Below, in pieces: positions 29,064 to 38,108 of a DNA stretch of 64,000 bases (its first letter is position 1; every line of letters starts with the position of its first letter). A model generated the notes under the pieces. The model worked only from the letters and a program-made list of their open reading frames with translations. It searched no databases and was not told the origin of the DNA. This stretch comes from Planctomycetota bacterium (GTDB lineage Bacteria > Planctomycetota > SZUA-567 > H5-PLA8): the NCBI GenBank assembly GCA_038227875.1, contig JBBRPR010000002.1, forward strand, positions 128,001 to 192,000, read 5' to 3'. Both the position numbers and the translations under genes were made by a program.

Positions 29064-29870
29064 TTAACTGTCCGGCGCCAGTTGCGAGAGCAATTTGGGC
29101 AGATCTTTTTGATTGGTCAGCGGTTTTCCGCCCACGGTTTTAAGACGATCGGGAATCAACTTCGGCCGCGTCGCCATGCCGCCGGTCGCGACCTGGATCA
29201 ACTGGTAATCGCCGCTGACTTCTTCGTAGACGATGATCAAGTCGTAGCTCTGATAGGCCAGCGCGCCGTTGCGGCCGTAGGCAATTTGATGGCGTTTGAG
29301 TTCTCCGATCGGATCCTGGCGGTAGCCCAGGCAGCGGAATTCGTGATCGAAATTGGTCGGCGGCAACCAGTAGACGTAGCCGTTCAGAAATGTGCCGCAC
29401 ATGATCCGCACGCCGTCCGGCAGCGTTCCGGCGACGGGGGTCAGATCGTTCATCTTGGTGCGGTGCGGATACCAGTTGGGGCACTGCGAGGTCGGATTCT
29501 CCACCCAATACGGCGGAGCTTCGTCCCAGAGCCGGTCGTCTTCGGTCGCGTTGATGCCGCGCTTGCAGGACCAGATTTCCATCCGGCCCTTGGCCGGCAT
29601 CACGCCGGCAATCGGCTGCACGGGCAGCAGCGCCGGATCGTCGCCGAAAAACACGACCACCGGATCGCGGTACCGTTCCGCTTCGCTGCGGGCGTGCCAG
29701 AGCATCGTCAGCACCTGCTGCGATGCCTGCTGCACGCGGCTGGTCTTGGTCATCAACGCAAACTACGGCACGGCCACGACCGACAGCAGCGCCATGATGA
29801 AAATGACCAGCAGCAGTTCCACAAAACTGAAACCGCTCGGCTGCCGGGTTGCGTTGAGAGGGGAGTTCAT
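29064..29870 (-). pseudogene. FimT/GspH-like prepilin interrupted by an in-frame TAG at codon 36
   Basis: MNSPLNATRQPSGFSFVELLLVIFIMALLSVVAVP*FALMTK...ARSEA; TAG at 29765-29763, same frame continues for another 233 codons. Confidence 0.8.
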
Positions 29871-29873
29871 GGG

Positions 29874-30428
29874 TTACCAATCTCCGTCGACGGGCTTCAC
29901 GCGACCGGCGGCATACATGTACTGGCTGAATAAAAATTCCTTCTTGGTGTTCTTCAGATGAACCACGACCGCCACGCGCGCCAGTTTGCTGAGCGGCCGT
30001 CCGCCGGTTTCCACGGGTGTCATGTTGTCGAGCGCCACGAAGACCTGCTTGAAGCGGTCGGGATCGATGCGCCATTCGTAATGATCGATGTCGTCGAAAA
30101 ATTCATAGGTCTCGCCGGGCGCGTGGGCGAAATCGTGCCATGGACCGTTGGCGCTGGCGTTGATCGGCTCCTGCCGCTTGGTCATGTAGGGGCTGCCTTC
30201 CACCAGATCGACCAGCGGATCGACGCGGTCGCGCCGGAATTCGGAGAACTTCGAGTGTGCCAGATGGATCGACGCGTCCTGCAGGATCACCGTCTGCGCC
30301 GACGAAATCGACGGCGGCAACGCCGCCAGCGCGCCGACGACGCCGATCAGAAAAATGAACAGCGCGATCAGCACTTCCAGCAGTGTCAATCCAGAGGCAC
30401 GAAGAAAGTGGCGCGAAGTCCGTCGCAT
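29874..30428 (-). CDS. Prepilin-type N-methylation protein (PilV/GspI-like)
   Basis: SGLTLLEVLIALFIFLIGVVGAL. Confidence 0.85.
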   Translation of the reverse strand: MRRTSRHFLRASGLTLLEVLIALFIFLIGVVGALAALPPSISSAQTVILQDASIHLAHSKFSEFRRDRVDPLVDLVEGSPYMTKRQEPINASANGPWHDFAHAPGETYEFFDDIDHYEWRIDPDRFKQVFVALDNMTPVETGGRPLSKLARVAVVVHLKNTKKEFLFSQYMYAAGRVKPVDGDW

Positions 30429-30687
30429 ACAACTTCTCCGTGGTGTGCACAAGGATGAGGTTCGGGATACATACTCTCATCTAATTGAGCAGTATTCGTG
30501 ATGCCATTTTTTTATGTGCAGAATACGGAAACGAGCCATATTTTTTATGCACCGTGATGCACACGAGCAAAAATGGTTCCATTTTGAACACATGAGTTCC
30601 CCCTATTAAGTATATTTACAGTTGCGTCTTAGCTTCAAAATCCATTAACGTGCGCGGCAGCTCTTCCTGAGTCGATGGAGACAGCGG

Positions 30688-33321
30688 ATGAACTCTGAGG
30701 ACAATGCGCTCGACGCCGCGTTGCGCGATCCGTTGACCGGGCTTTTCAACCGCGCCTATTTTCAACGCGAAGTTGAAAGCACGCTGCGCCGCGCAGTCCG
30801 TTCGCAAAATGCCTTCTCGGTGTTGCTGGTTCGCATCGTACACTTGGAGAAAGTGCAACAGTCCGGCGGCACCGAAGCCGCCGATCGCGTGCGCATCGCC
30901 TTTGCCAACGCCGTTCGGACCACGCTGCGTTCGACCGACGAAATCGCGCGCCACGAAAACGACGACCTGTTGATTCTACTCCCCGACACCGGTGGCCTGG
31001 TCGCCGAGCATGTCGCCGGGAAGCTGGTCGATCCACTGCTTGAGGCGGCTGCGCATCACGAACCGGTGGTGTCATTCGCGATCGGCATTGCGACCTATCC
31101 GGACAATGCCGTCGACGTGAAGAATCTGATGCTTCACGCGCTCGAGGCGCTGACCTCGGCGCTGGAAGCTGAACTCCCCAGCATCGTGCGCTCTGTTTAT
31201 GCCGCGCCGCTGCCGCCGCCGGCCTGGGTCTCGCGACAACTCTCGCGCGAGACCAGCGCTCAGTTGGTTGCGCGGCGGAAAACGCCCGACGTACTGGAGG
31301 CCTGGGAACGCCACACGCTGACCGGCACGGACACGCCATTGCGCGCGGAAGACTGGAAGAGCGTGATGGGCACGTGGCGACTGGACGGTGACGAATGGGT
31401 TTCGGAAGGCAGCACCACCAGCGTGCTGGTCTCGAGGATTCCCATCGTCGGCTCGTTTCAGTTCGTGTGCGAAGCCTGGAACGAAGGCCCCGGTGAAATT
31501 TCAATCCTCGGCCATTCGTTCGAGGGAAAAAACTCGGCGCATTGGGGTTACGCGTTCCACGTCGGCGCCGATGGCAACACCTGCACCAAATTGACGCGGC
31601 TGGGCATGACGGTGATGACGCTCCCCGATTGCACGATCGAACCCAACCGGCATTACCAGCTCGAAATGCATTACGACGACGGCGAAGGCCGCCTGACGTG
31701 TTTTCTCAACGGGCAACGTCTCTTCGACTACCAGGAACGCCGCCGCTTTCCGGGATATCAAATCGGCCTCTACGCCTGGGGTGCCGGCGCGCATATCAAG
31801 CCGCTGGAAATCCGCTGCATCAAACACCGCCGGCTTTCGGCGATGGACCTGGCCGATGAACTGATGCAGGAAGGTTCCCACGAGTTGGCGCTGCAGAGCT
31901 ACACGGCGCTCTATTCCAGTTGCACTACGCCGCTGGAAGCCGCGCAAGCCCGGCTGAAAAGCGCCGTCTGCCTGATTGCGATGAACAAGGCCGTCGAAGG
32001 CCGGCGCATCCTGCAATCGTTCCGCGATACGGAGCTGGAACCCTACGCCCTGGCCGAAGAGGGCTCGCTGAGTTTCAGGACCGGCGAACGCCGCGTCGCC
32101 ATTGAAATCTTCGAAGATCTGTTCCGTCGCTTTCCGGAGAGCAATGCCCGCCACATGGCGCTCCAATACGTCGGCCTGGCACGGAGTCGCGAACTCTGGT
32201 TCGATGACACCCGCCGCTCCGACCTGGATTTGCGCGGCAGGTTTAACAAGCTGGCTCAGGACAGTTGCGTCCCGCCCTCGTATGCGCAGAGTCGCGCTGC
32301 GATCGAGTGGGCGCGCGTCAACTGGCAGCTCGGCGCCTGGCCGGAGGCGCTTGAAAATCTGCTCCAATTTCAACGCCGCTTGTCGCCGAGCCAGTACGAC
32401 GTCGCCGACTTCCGGCAGACGCTGTTTGTTTCCGCGTTGGCCAATGGTCGGGAAGATCTGCTTCCCGCCGACCCGTCCATCTCGCAGACCTGGTCGCTCG
32501 ATTGGGCGCCGGATTGGTGCAGCGGGATTCTGCTTCATGCCGTGGTGCGCAAAGGCAATCCGGCCCAATTCATAGAGGAATACCTGGCCGCCGCGAAGGT
32601 CTATCCGCAGATCGATCAGCTCCGCGATCTGCGCAAAGGCGTCGTCGCGCTCTACCTGGCGCAGAGCCGCGTGGCGGAGGCCGCGCAGTTCCTGAATACG
32701 GAGATCTATCCCAAGTTCAATTTGTCGGCGCCCTTCGAAGATTATTTCTGGTGCTACTGGCTCGGCGGCGTCGTGGTGGAATCCGGCGACGCGGGCCTCT
32801 TCAACGATTTCCAGAACGTGATGCGCCCGCTGCTCGCGCAGGCCGGCGCGCGATCGCCCATGGCCAGAGCGCTGTCGATTCTCGACGCGCGCTGGAACGT
32901 TGAACACGGCGAGTTTGACGTCGCGGCCGCCGCGCTCGACGGCTGGGACGAGCCGGCCCTCGTGTTTCATTTCTCGGAAGGCCTGGTCCTTCAGGCGCTG
33001 CTGGCGTCGCTCAAGGTGCTGAAGGCGCCGTCACTGGACATGCTGAACGTCAGCTTGGATCACCGACTGGCGGGAGTTGAACTGGAACTGGCGGAAATTT
33101 TCCTGCGCCACAAGGAGCCATTGCCCAACGCGCGCTGGCCTCACGCCAGGTGGCGGCCGGAGTTCCGGGTCTGGCTGGCGCGCTGGCTGCTGGCCAACGG
33201 CAGACCCGACGCCGCTCGCGCCATCGCCGAACCGGCCGTGGATGCACGTTATGGCCTGACCCATTCGCAAGCTGCGCTCGCCGCCGTGCTGCAGGGCAAG
33301 GATAAGCTCGCCGTCGGCTGA
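30688..33321 (+). CDS. Degenerate GGDEF domain + lectin-like beta domain + TPR-like protein
   Basis: RDPLTGLFNRAYF; RSTDEIARHENDDL in place of RxxDxxxRxGGDEF; GIATYP; beta-rich middle; helical C-terminus. Confidence 0.8.
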   Translation: MNSEDNALDAALRDPLTGLFNRAYFQREVESTLRRAVRSQNAFSVLLVRIVHLEKVQQSGGTEAADRVRIAFANAVRTTLRSTDEIARHENDDLLILLPDTGGLVAEHVAGKLVDPLLEAAAHHEPVVSFAIGIATYPDNAVDVKNLMLHALEALTSALEAELPSIVRSVYAAPLPPPAWVSRQLSRETSAQLVARRKTPDVLEAWERHTLTGTDTPLRAEDWKSVMGTWRLDGDEWVSEGSTTSVLVSRIPIVGSFQFVCEAWNEGPGEISILGHSFEGKNSAHWGYAFHVGADGNTCTKLTRLGMTVMTLPDCTIEPNRHYQLEMHYDDGEGRLTCFLNGQRLFDYQERRRFPGYQIGLYAWGAGAHIKPLEIRCIKHRRLSAMDLADELMQEGSHELALQSYTALYSSCTTPLEAAQARLKSAVCLIAMNKAVEGRRILQSFRDTELEPYALAEEGSLSFRTGERRVAIEIFEDLFRRFPESNARHMALQYVGLARSRELWFDDTRRSDLDLRGRFNKLAQDSCVPPSYAQSRAAIEWARVNWQLGAWPEALENLLQFQRRLSPSQYDVADFRQTLFVSALANGREDLLPADPSISQTWSLDWAPDWCSGILLHAVVRKGNPAQFIEEYLAAAKVYPQIDQLRDLRKGVVALYLAQSRVAEAAQFLNTEIYPKFNLSAPFEDYFWCYWLGGVVVESGDAGLFNDFQNVMRPLLAQAGARSPMARALSILDARWNVEHGEFDVAAAALDGWDEPALVFHFSEGLVLQALLASLKVLKAPSLDMLNVSLDHRLAGVELELAEIFLRHKEPLPNARWPHARWRPEFRVWLARWLLANGRPDAARAIAEPAVDARYGLTHSQAALAAVLQGKDKLAVG

Positions 33322-33528
33322 CCTTTGTGCTCAAAGGCACAAAGGTTAGCCGCAAAATTCTTAATTAAAGCATTTACGTCACGCCCATATTTCCCGCCGC
33401 TGACCTATATGAAATTTGCCTGAGACACCTCGGCATAAATTTATCCGGTGGTTAAATTCGGACACTTGGAAGCGAATTTCGCTCCCAGGTCAAACGACAC
33501 ACTGCCATCGTGCAGTGCGGAGGTTTTC

Positions 33529-34518
33529 ATGTTGATCGCCGTGACCGGAGCTACCGGGAAAATTGGCCGCTGGCTGGTGCGCGAACTGCTCGACCGCGGT
33601 TACCGCGTCCGCGCGATGACCCGCGCCACGCGCGACGGACATTGGGGCAACACCGCCGCCGCCGTGGCCGAGCTGCGTGGCTGGGGCGCGGAGATCGCGG
33701 TCGCTGAATTCACCGATTACGATTCAATGGCCCGTTTTTGCGCCGGGACCGACGTGCTGATTCACAACGGTTATCATCACATCAACGAGGACGAATTCCC
33801 CGCCGAATGGACCGAGCTGAACATTCTCTCCTCGGTGAAGCTCTACGATGCGATGTGGAAAGCCGGCGGGCGTCAGATCATCTTCATCAGCTCCGGCGCC
33901 GTCTACGGCCGCGGCCCGCAGTACGAACGCGAGCGCTTTCCCGATTCCAAATTGCCCATCGACGAACGCACCATGACCGCCCCGCGCGGCATGTACGCCG
34001 CGTACAAAAGCTGCATCGAGAACGCGACTGTGGCCTTCAAAACCATTCATGGCATGCCTGCCTCGACGAGCATCCGGCCACTGGGCGATGGCATGGGCGA
34101 ACTGCTAGGCTTCCGGCGCTACGACGACAAGGGCGTCCTCGCGCGCGAGATCAAATCCGCGCTCTCCGGCGAACCGGTTACGTTGAACCTTCCGCCGCGC
34201 CTGATCTGCGTGGACGGCCGCGACATCGCCATCGGCTGCGATCTGATGATCCGCAAGGGACTGCAGGAAAACGCCGCGATCGGAGACTGGTACCTCGTCG
34301 GCAACACGCCCATCACGCCCGCGCAACTCGTCGAAACCGCGCAGGAGGTCTTCGGCAAACTGCCGCTGCGCGTGAACGTGATCGACCAGCCGTTCATCTG
34401 TTCCGACGCCGAAGCCATGCGCCTGGGTTACACGCCCCGCGGCTCGCAGGTGACGCTGAAGGAACATTTCCTCGAACTGGCTGATCGCCTGGGCGTCAAA
34501 GCCGGCTCCAAGCGCTAA
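33529..34518 (+). CDS. NAD-dependent epimerase/dehydratase (extended SDR)
   Basis: IAVTGATGKIG, ISSGAVYG, YAAYK; GGAGG RBS. Confidence 0.9.
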   Translation: MLIAVTGATGKIGRWLVRELLDRGYRVRAMTRATRDGHWGNTAAAVAELRGWGAEIAVAEFTDYDSMARFCAGTDVLIHNGYHHINEDEFPAEWTELNILSSVKLYDAMWKAGGRQIIFISSGAVYGRGPQYERERFPDSKLPIDERTMTAPRGMYAAYKSCIENATVAFKTIHGMPASTSIRPLGDGMGELLGFRRYDDKGVLAREIKSALSGEPVTLNLPPRLICVDGRDIAIGCDLMIRKGLQENAAIGDWYLVGNTPITPAQLVETAQEVFGKLPLRVNVIDQPFICSDAEAMRLGYTPRGSQVTLKEHFLELADRLGVKAGSKR

Positions 34519-34763
34519 CTCGAATTCTTGCGAAGGCGTCTGCCGAAAGTGTGTGTCAGGGAGCAAGCAAACGGCCGCTAGCTCCGTGGCACACATACGT
34601 GATCACCTAATGCCACTCCTTTCTGCCGTCCCGCCCTCCTACCGTTTCCACATTCCCTTCAGTCCCACCTCTTCCCTGCCGATGCATATTGACGAGTACC
34701 AAAGCTGAGCTGGGGGGGAAGGCCGGTGGCTGCGCTTGCGGCTGCTGGAGAGGGTGCCCAGTC

Positions 34764-36221
34764 ATGCCTGTATTCAAGGACGATGAGCTTGCTTCCGAAA
34801 TTCTAAGCGGCAAACGAAGGAGCACGACCATGGAGAGCGCACCGGCCAATCCCGGTTCGAAACGCCTGGTGCTGTTCGCGTTGGTGGCGACCGCGTTTGC
34901 CGTGGGCGGATTCACGCTCTTCAAACACCGCAGCGGCATCCATCCGGCCTCCGCCGTCTCCACGTCGGCTGCGACTGAGTCTGCAAAGGCGGCAACCCAG
35001 CCTGCAGCACCAGCGCCCCAGAAAGCGGCGCTGCCCAGCGCGGAAGTGGTGACGCTGCCCGCGCCGGAAACTATCCAAGCGCCAGCCAAGCCCATGCCGT
35101 CACTTCCAGCCGCGGCCGCGCCAGTCAGCTCCAGCGAATTCGGCGCGAGCATCACCGCCGCCCGTGAGTTGCTGAAAGCGGGAAAGAACACCGAAGCGCT
35201 CGATCTCCTCCACACCAACGCCAAAGCCGCGCAGAACGCCACGGCCGACGAGAAGAGCGCCGCCGCCGTGATCGAAGGTCGCGTGCTGCTCGCTCAAAAC
35301 AAAGTTGCGGAAGCCAAAGCCAAATTTGAACCGCTGGCCTTCGCGCCGACGAATACGGAACTCGGCGCCGACGCGCTGCTGGGCAACCTGTGGTGCCAGG
35401 CCGGAGCCCTCAGCCGCTGCCGCGACAGCGAACTCGAACAAGTCCGCGGCGGGCCCGATTCGTGGGCCTCCGCCACTGCGTCGCTGGAAGGCGCACGCCG
35501 CGCCGAAGAAAAAGCCGGCACGAGTGTCGACGCGCTCGAAAAGGCCCGCGCGATGTACCAGCAGGCCTTCGAATCCGGGAAGCTCGACGGCGACGAAATG
35601 ACGCAATGCGTCGCGAAGATGACCGCGCTGGCCAACAAGCTGATTCTCGATCCGAAAGCCGCGTGCACGTCGCCCAAGGCCGTCTTTCATAAAGTTGAAG
35701 CCGGCGACAGCGTCGAGAAGATCGCGCGCAAGTACCATGTGAACACCGGCCAGATCAAGCGCATCAACAAGCTCAACGACAAGCTGATCGTGCGCCTGGG
35801 CCAGAACCTGAAGCTCGTCCCCGGCGAAGTCATCTACAAAGTCGACCGCACCAAGCTGACGGGCACGCTTTACATCGACGGCATCTTCATCCGCCAGTAT
35901 CCCGTCGGCATCGGCCCCGGCAATGCGACGCCGGTCGGCGCGTACACGATCGAAAATAAAGTGATGAATCCCGACTGGTGGTACGACGGCAAGAAAGTTC
36001 CGTTCGGCGATCCGTCCAACATTCTCGGCACGCGCTGGATGGGCTTCGCCAACACCAGCGACAACGGCAACGGCAACGGCGCAGGCCTGGGCGTCCACGG
36101 CACGGCGATTCCGTCGAGCGTCCCCGGCCGCGAAAGTAAAGGCTGCGTACGCATGCACAACGCCGATGTCGAAGAGCTCTACGACCTGATGCCTCAGGGC
36201 GGCAAGGTGGAGATTCAGTAG
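34764..36221 (+). CDS. LysM-containing L,D-transpeptidase (YkuD family) with N-terminal anchor and TPR-like helices
   Basis: HKVEAGDS..KIA LysM; HGT...S.GCVRM catalytic motif. Confidence 0.92.
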   Translation: MPVFKDDELASEILSGKRRSTTMESAPANPGSKRLVLFALVATAFAVGGFTLFKHRSGIHPASAVSTSAATESAKAATQPAAPAPQKAALPSAEVVTLPAPETIQAPAKPMPSLPAAAAPVSSSEFGASITAARELLKAGKNTEALDLLHTNAKAAQNATADEKSAAAVIEGRVLLAQNKVAEAKAKFEPLAFAPTNTELGADALLGNLWCQAGALSRCRDSELEQVRGGPDSWASATASLEGARRAEEKAGTSVDALEKARAMYQQAFESGKLDGDEMTQCVAKMTALANKLILDPKAACTSPKAVFHKVEAGDSVEKIARKYHVNTGQIKRINKLNDKLIVRLGQNLKLVPGEVIYKVDRTKLTGTLYIDGIFIRQYPVGIGPGNATPVGAYTIENKVMNPDWWYDGKKVPFGDPSNILGTRWMGFANTSDNGNGNGAGLGVHGTAIPSSVPGRESKGCVRMHNADVEELYDLMPQGGKVEIQ

Positions 36222-36230
36222 AGCGCGCTG

Positions 36231-36277
36231 ACGCGCGAGGGGTCAGGGGTCAGAGTTTGGTATGGGCGCGTGCGGGA
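36231..36277 (+). repeat. GGGGTCA-based post-stop repeat, copy 1
   Basis: gcgcgaggggtcaggggtcagagtttggtatgggcgcgtgcggga; related copies after pdhB and pdhA. Confidence 0.8.
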
Positions 36278-36403
36278 GCACGCGCTCTGCCGTTGGGGCG
36301 AGTGAGCGTTAACGCTTTAGATAGGCAGTAGAGGACATCTTTGAGTGTTAGAGATCATTGAGGCACCTCAAACTTTCACTGATCCAGAGCGAGCGGTACT
36401 TGA

Positions 36404-37171
36404 TTGAGCATTCAGAGAAGAAAATCACCTTGGCTGAAGCGGCCCATCGGGTGGAAGCCATTCATCAAGAAGCTCAAGCCCAATGTGAAGTTCAACCCGC
36501 CGGCAAAGCTCAAACAAATTGTAGATGCAGAAAAGAAACTGGGCTTACGACTCCCTGCCGATTTGAACAATCTACTGCTGGAAAGTAACGGCATCGAGGA
36601 CTGGTTGCTTCCGGTCGAGGCGATTGTTGAAACCAATTTGGAGTACCGTACCGATCCGAATTACTGCGAAATCTACACGCCCTTGAATGGTCTTCTCTTC
36701 TTTCTTGCGGATGGTACTGGTAGCTACTTTGCTTATCCTATCTGCGGCAATGCCGCCGACACGCGACCTGAAATCTTATATTGGCTCCACGAGACGGATG
36801 AGCGCTCTTTTGCCGGAAACACGCTGGCACACGTCATCCAACGTTATTTGGGCGTTCCAATGAACTCGGTGAAGTGGCCGTCGCTGGAAACGCTCGCGCA
36901 TGTGTCCGGTCGGGTGGCGGTTCCTGCCGATATTAAAAATGGCTCGGCGGCCTTCGCGCTAAATCAAAGTGGTAAACCGACGGCAATTGAAATCGACGTT
37001 CCACAATATGCATTTCAGGTTGATTACATCACTGGCGAGCACATTCCGGTCATTCTGATTCAGGCGGAGAAGATTGGCGACAAGACATTCTTTGGCATTA
37101 GATACGTGAGAGATAACGCTGTTGGAATATGTCTGCGAAACGAATTGAGTTTGCGTGGCAACCAAACGTGA
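36404..37171 (+). CDS. SMI1/KNR4 (SUKH) family protein with an extra C-terminal domain
   Basis: AEKKLGLRLPADL..LL.ESNG ... FF.ADG.G..FAY ... W.HE.D.R; lower GC; start uncertain. Confidence 0.8.
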   Translation: MSIQRRKSPWLKRPIGWKPFIKKLKPNVKFNPPAKLKQIVDAEKKLGLRLPADLNNLLLESNGIEDWLLPVEAIVETNLEYRTDPNYCEIYTPLNGLLFFLADGTGSYFAYPICGNAADTRPEILYWLHETDERSFAGNTLAHVIQRYLGVPMNSVKWPSLETLAHVSGRVAVPADIKNGSAAFALNQSGKPTAIEIDVPQYAFQVDYITGEHIPVILIQAEKIGDKTFFGIRYVRDNAVGICLRNELSLRGNQT

Positions 37172-37323
37172 ACATTGATGCGGATTCCACACCGATTTCT
37201 CGGTTCGATGATCCTGACGGAATTGCCGTATTCGAAGGTGTTCAAAAGCATCGAGCAAGGTGCGTACAATCCAGCAATTCCAATGTTCTTCAAGAATTAA
37301 GACAGTATTACCCCCCGTCACCC

Positions 37324-37353
37324 TTGACGGAGCGAAAGAGGTTGGGGTAAACT
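37324..37353 (+). promoter_or_regulatory. Sigma70-like promoter
   Basis: TTGACG-18 nt-TAAACT upstream of the Phd-like gene. Confidence 0.5.
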
Positions 37354-37436
37354 ACCTTTGGTTTGCGTCGCAGTTCAGTCCGTTTTTCGTGGCTCATCAG
37401 ACGCAGTTTTTAAGTCCGCGTGTCGGGAGGTCTTTT

Positions 37437-37715
37437 ATGGCGTCAGGTCGCTTCGTGGGAACCGCTGAACTACAGCAGAATTCCACCACCTTGCTCGAAG
37501 ATATCATTACCTCTGGTGAGACCTGTTTTATCACCGAGAATGGAAGAGCCCGAGCCGTACTGATGGACATCCACCGCTACAACTGCCTGATGGACGTCAT
37601 CGAAGAAGCCGAATCCCTCAAACACCACCGCCCCGGCGACGAAACCAAGAAACACGTCAGCGTCCGCGCCATCCTGAACCGCTCGACCACGGGAAAGTTC
37701 AAGAAAGCCAAGTAG
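37437..37715 (+). CDS. Phd/YefM family antitoxin-like protein
   Basis: GGGAGG RBS; ELQQN...LLEDI...FITENGRARAVLMDI..Y..LMD.IE. Confidence 0.8.
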   Translation: MASGRFVGTAELQQNSTTLLEDIITSGETCFITENGRARAVLMDIHRYNCLMDVIEEAESLKHHRPGDETKKHVSVRAILNRSTTGKFKKAK

Positions 37716-37717
37716 GT

Positions 37718-37774
37718 CGGCGCCTCCACGGATAGTTTTGAGTTTTGAATTATTAGTGTTGAATTACGTTCGCG
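37718..37774. repeat. Left arm of an ~56-bp inverted repeat (AGTTTTG heptamers)
   Basis: Pairs with 37983-38039. Confidence 0.85.
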
Positions 37775-37782
37775 CGCCAGAG

Positions 37783-37971
37783 CTATTCTTTTGGCGCGAG
37801 TGGTATGCCGGCTTCACGTAAGACATCATCAAATATTTTTTCTGGCGAGCGGTAGATCACAAAGTCCAGCGTGCGTCCATCGCGCGTGGCGTGAATTCCC
37901 AGCCTCGGTTCAAAACACAACGCAATACTCCCAGCACTCAGAAGTAGCACGAGTATAATTCGTCGACGCAT
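37783..37971 (-). CDS. Small protein (62 aa) with signal/TM segment, enclosed by the inverted repeat
   Basis: MRRRIILVLLLSAGSIALCFEPRLG...; lower GC. Confidence 0.5.
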   Translation of the reverse strand: MRRRIILVLLLSAGSIALCFEPRLGIHATRDGRTLDFVIYRSPEKIFDDVLREAGIPLAPKE

Positions 37972-37982
37972 AACACGCCCGC

Positions 37983-38039
37983 CGCAACATAACTCAAAAC
38001 TTAACACTCAAAACTCAAAACTACCCACGCGAGACGCCG
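37983..38039. repeat. Right arm of the ~56-bp inverted repeat
   Basis: aactcaaaacttaacactcaaaactcaaaactacc. Confidence 0.85.
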
Positions 38040-38043
38040 TCAC

Positions 38044-38071
38044 AAAAAAACTCGCCGCATTTCGCGGCGAG
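38044..38071 (-). terminator. Rho-independent terminator of the dksA-like gene
   Basis: ctcgccgc-atttc-gcggcgag with an A7 run. Confidence 0.85.
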
Positions 38072-38108
38072 CCTCTCCGTATTCGACATTCAGTTTTCGA
38101 CATTCGCC

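Noticed and set aside
29763..29765. Genome-wide amber recoding or pyrrolysine
   Set aside because: TAG terminates conserved genes at their expected ends (cysD, pdhB); no pyl genes are seen.
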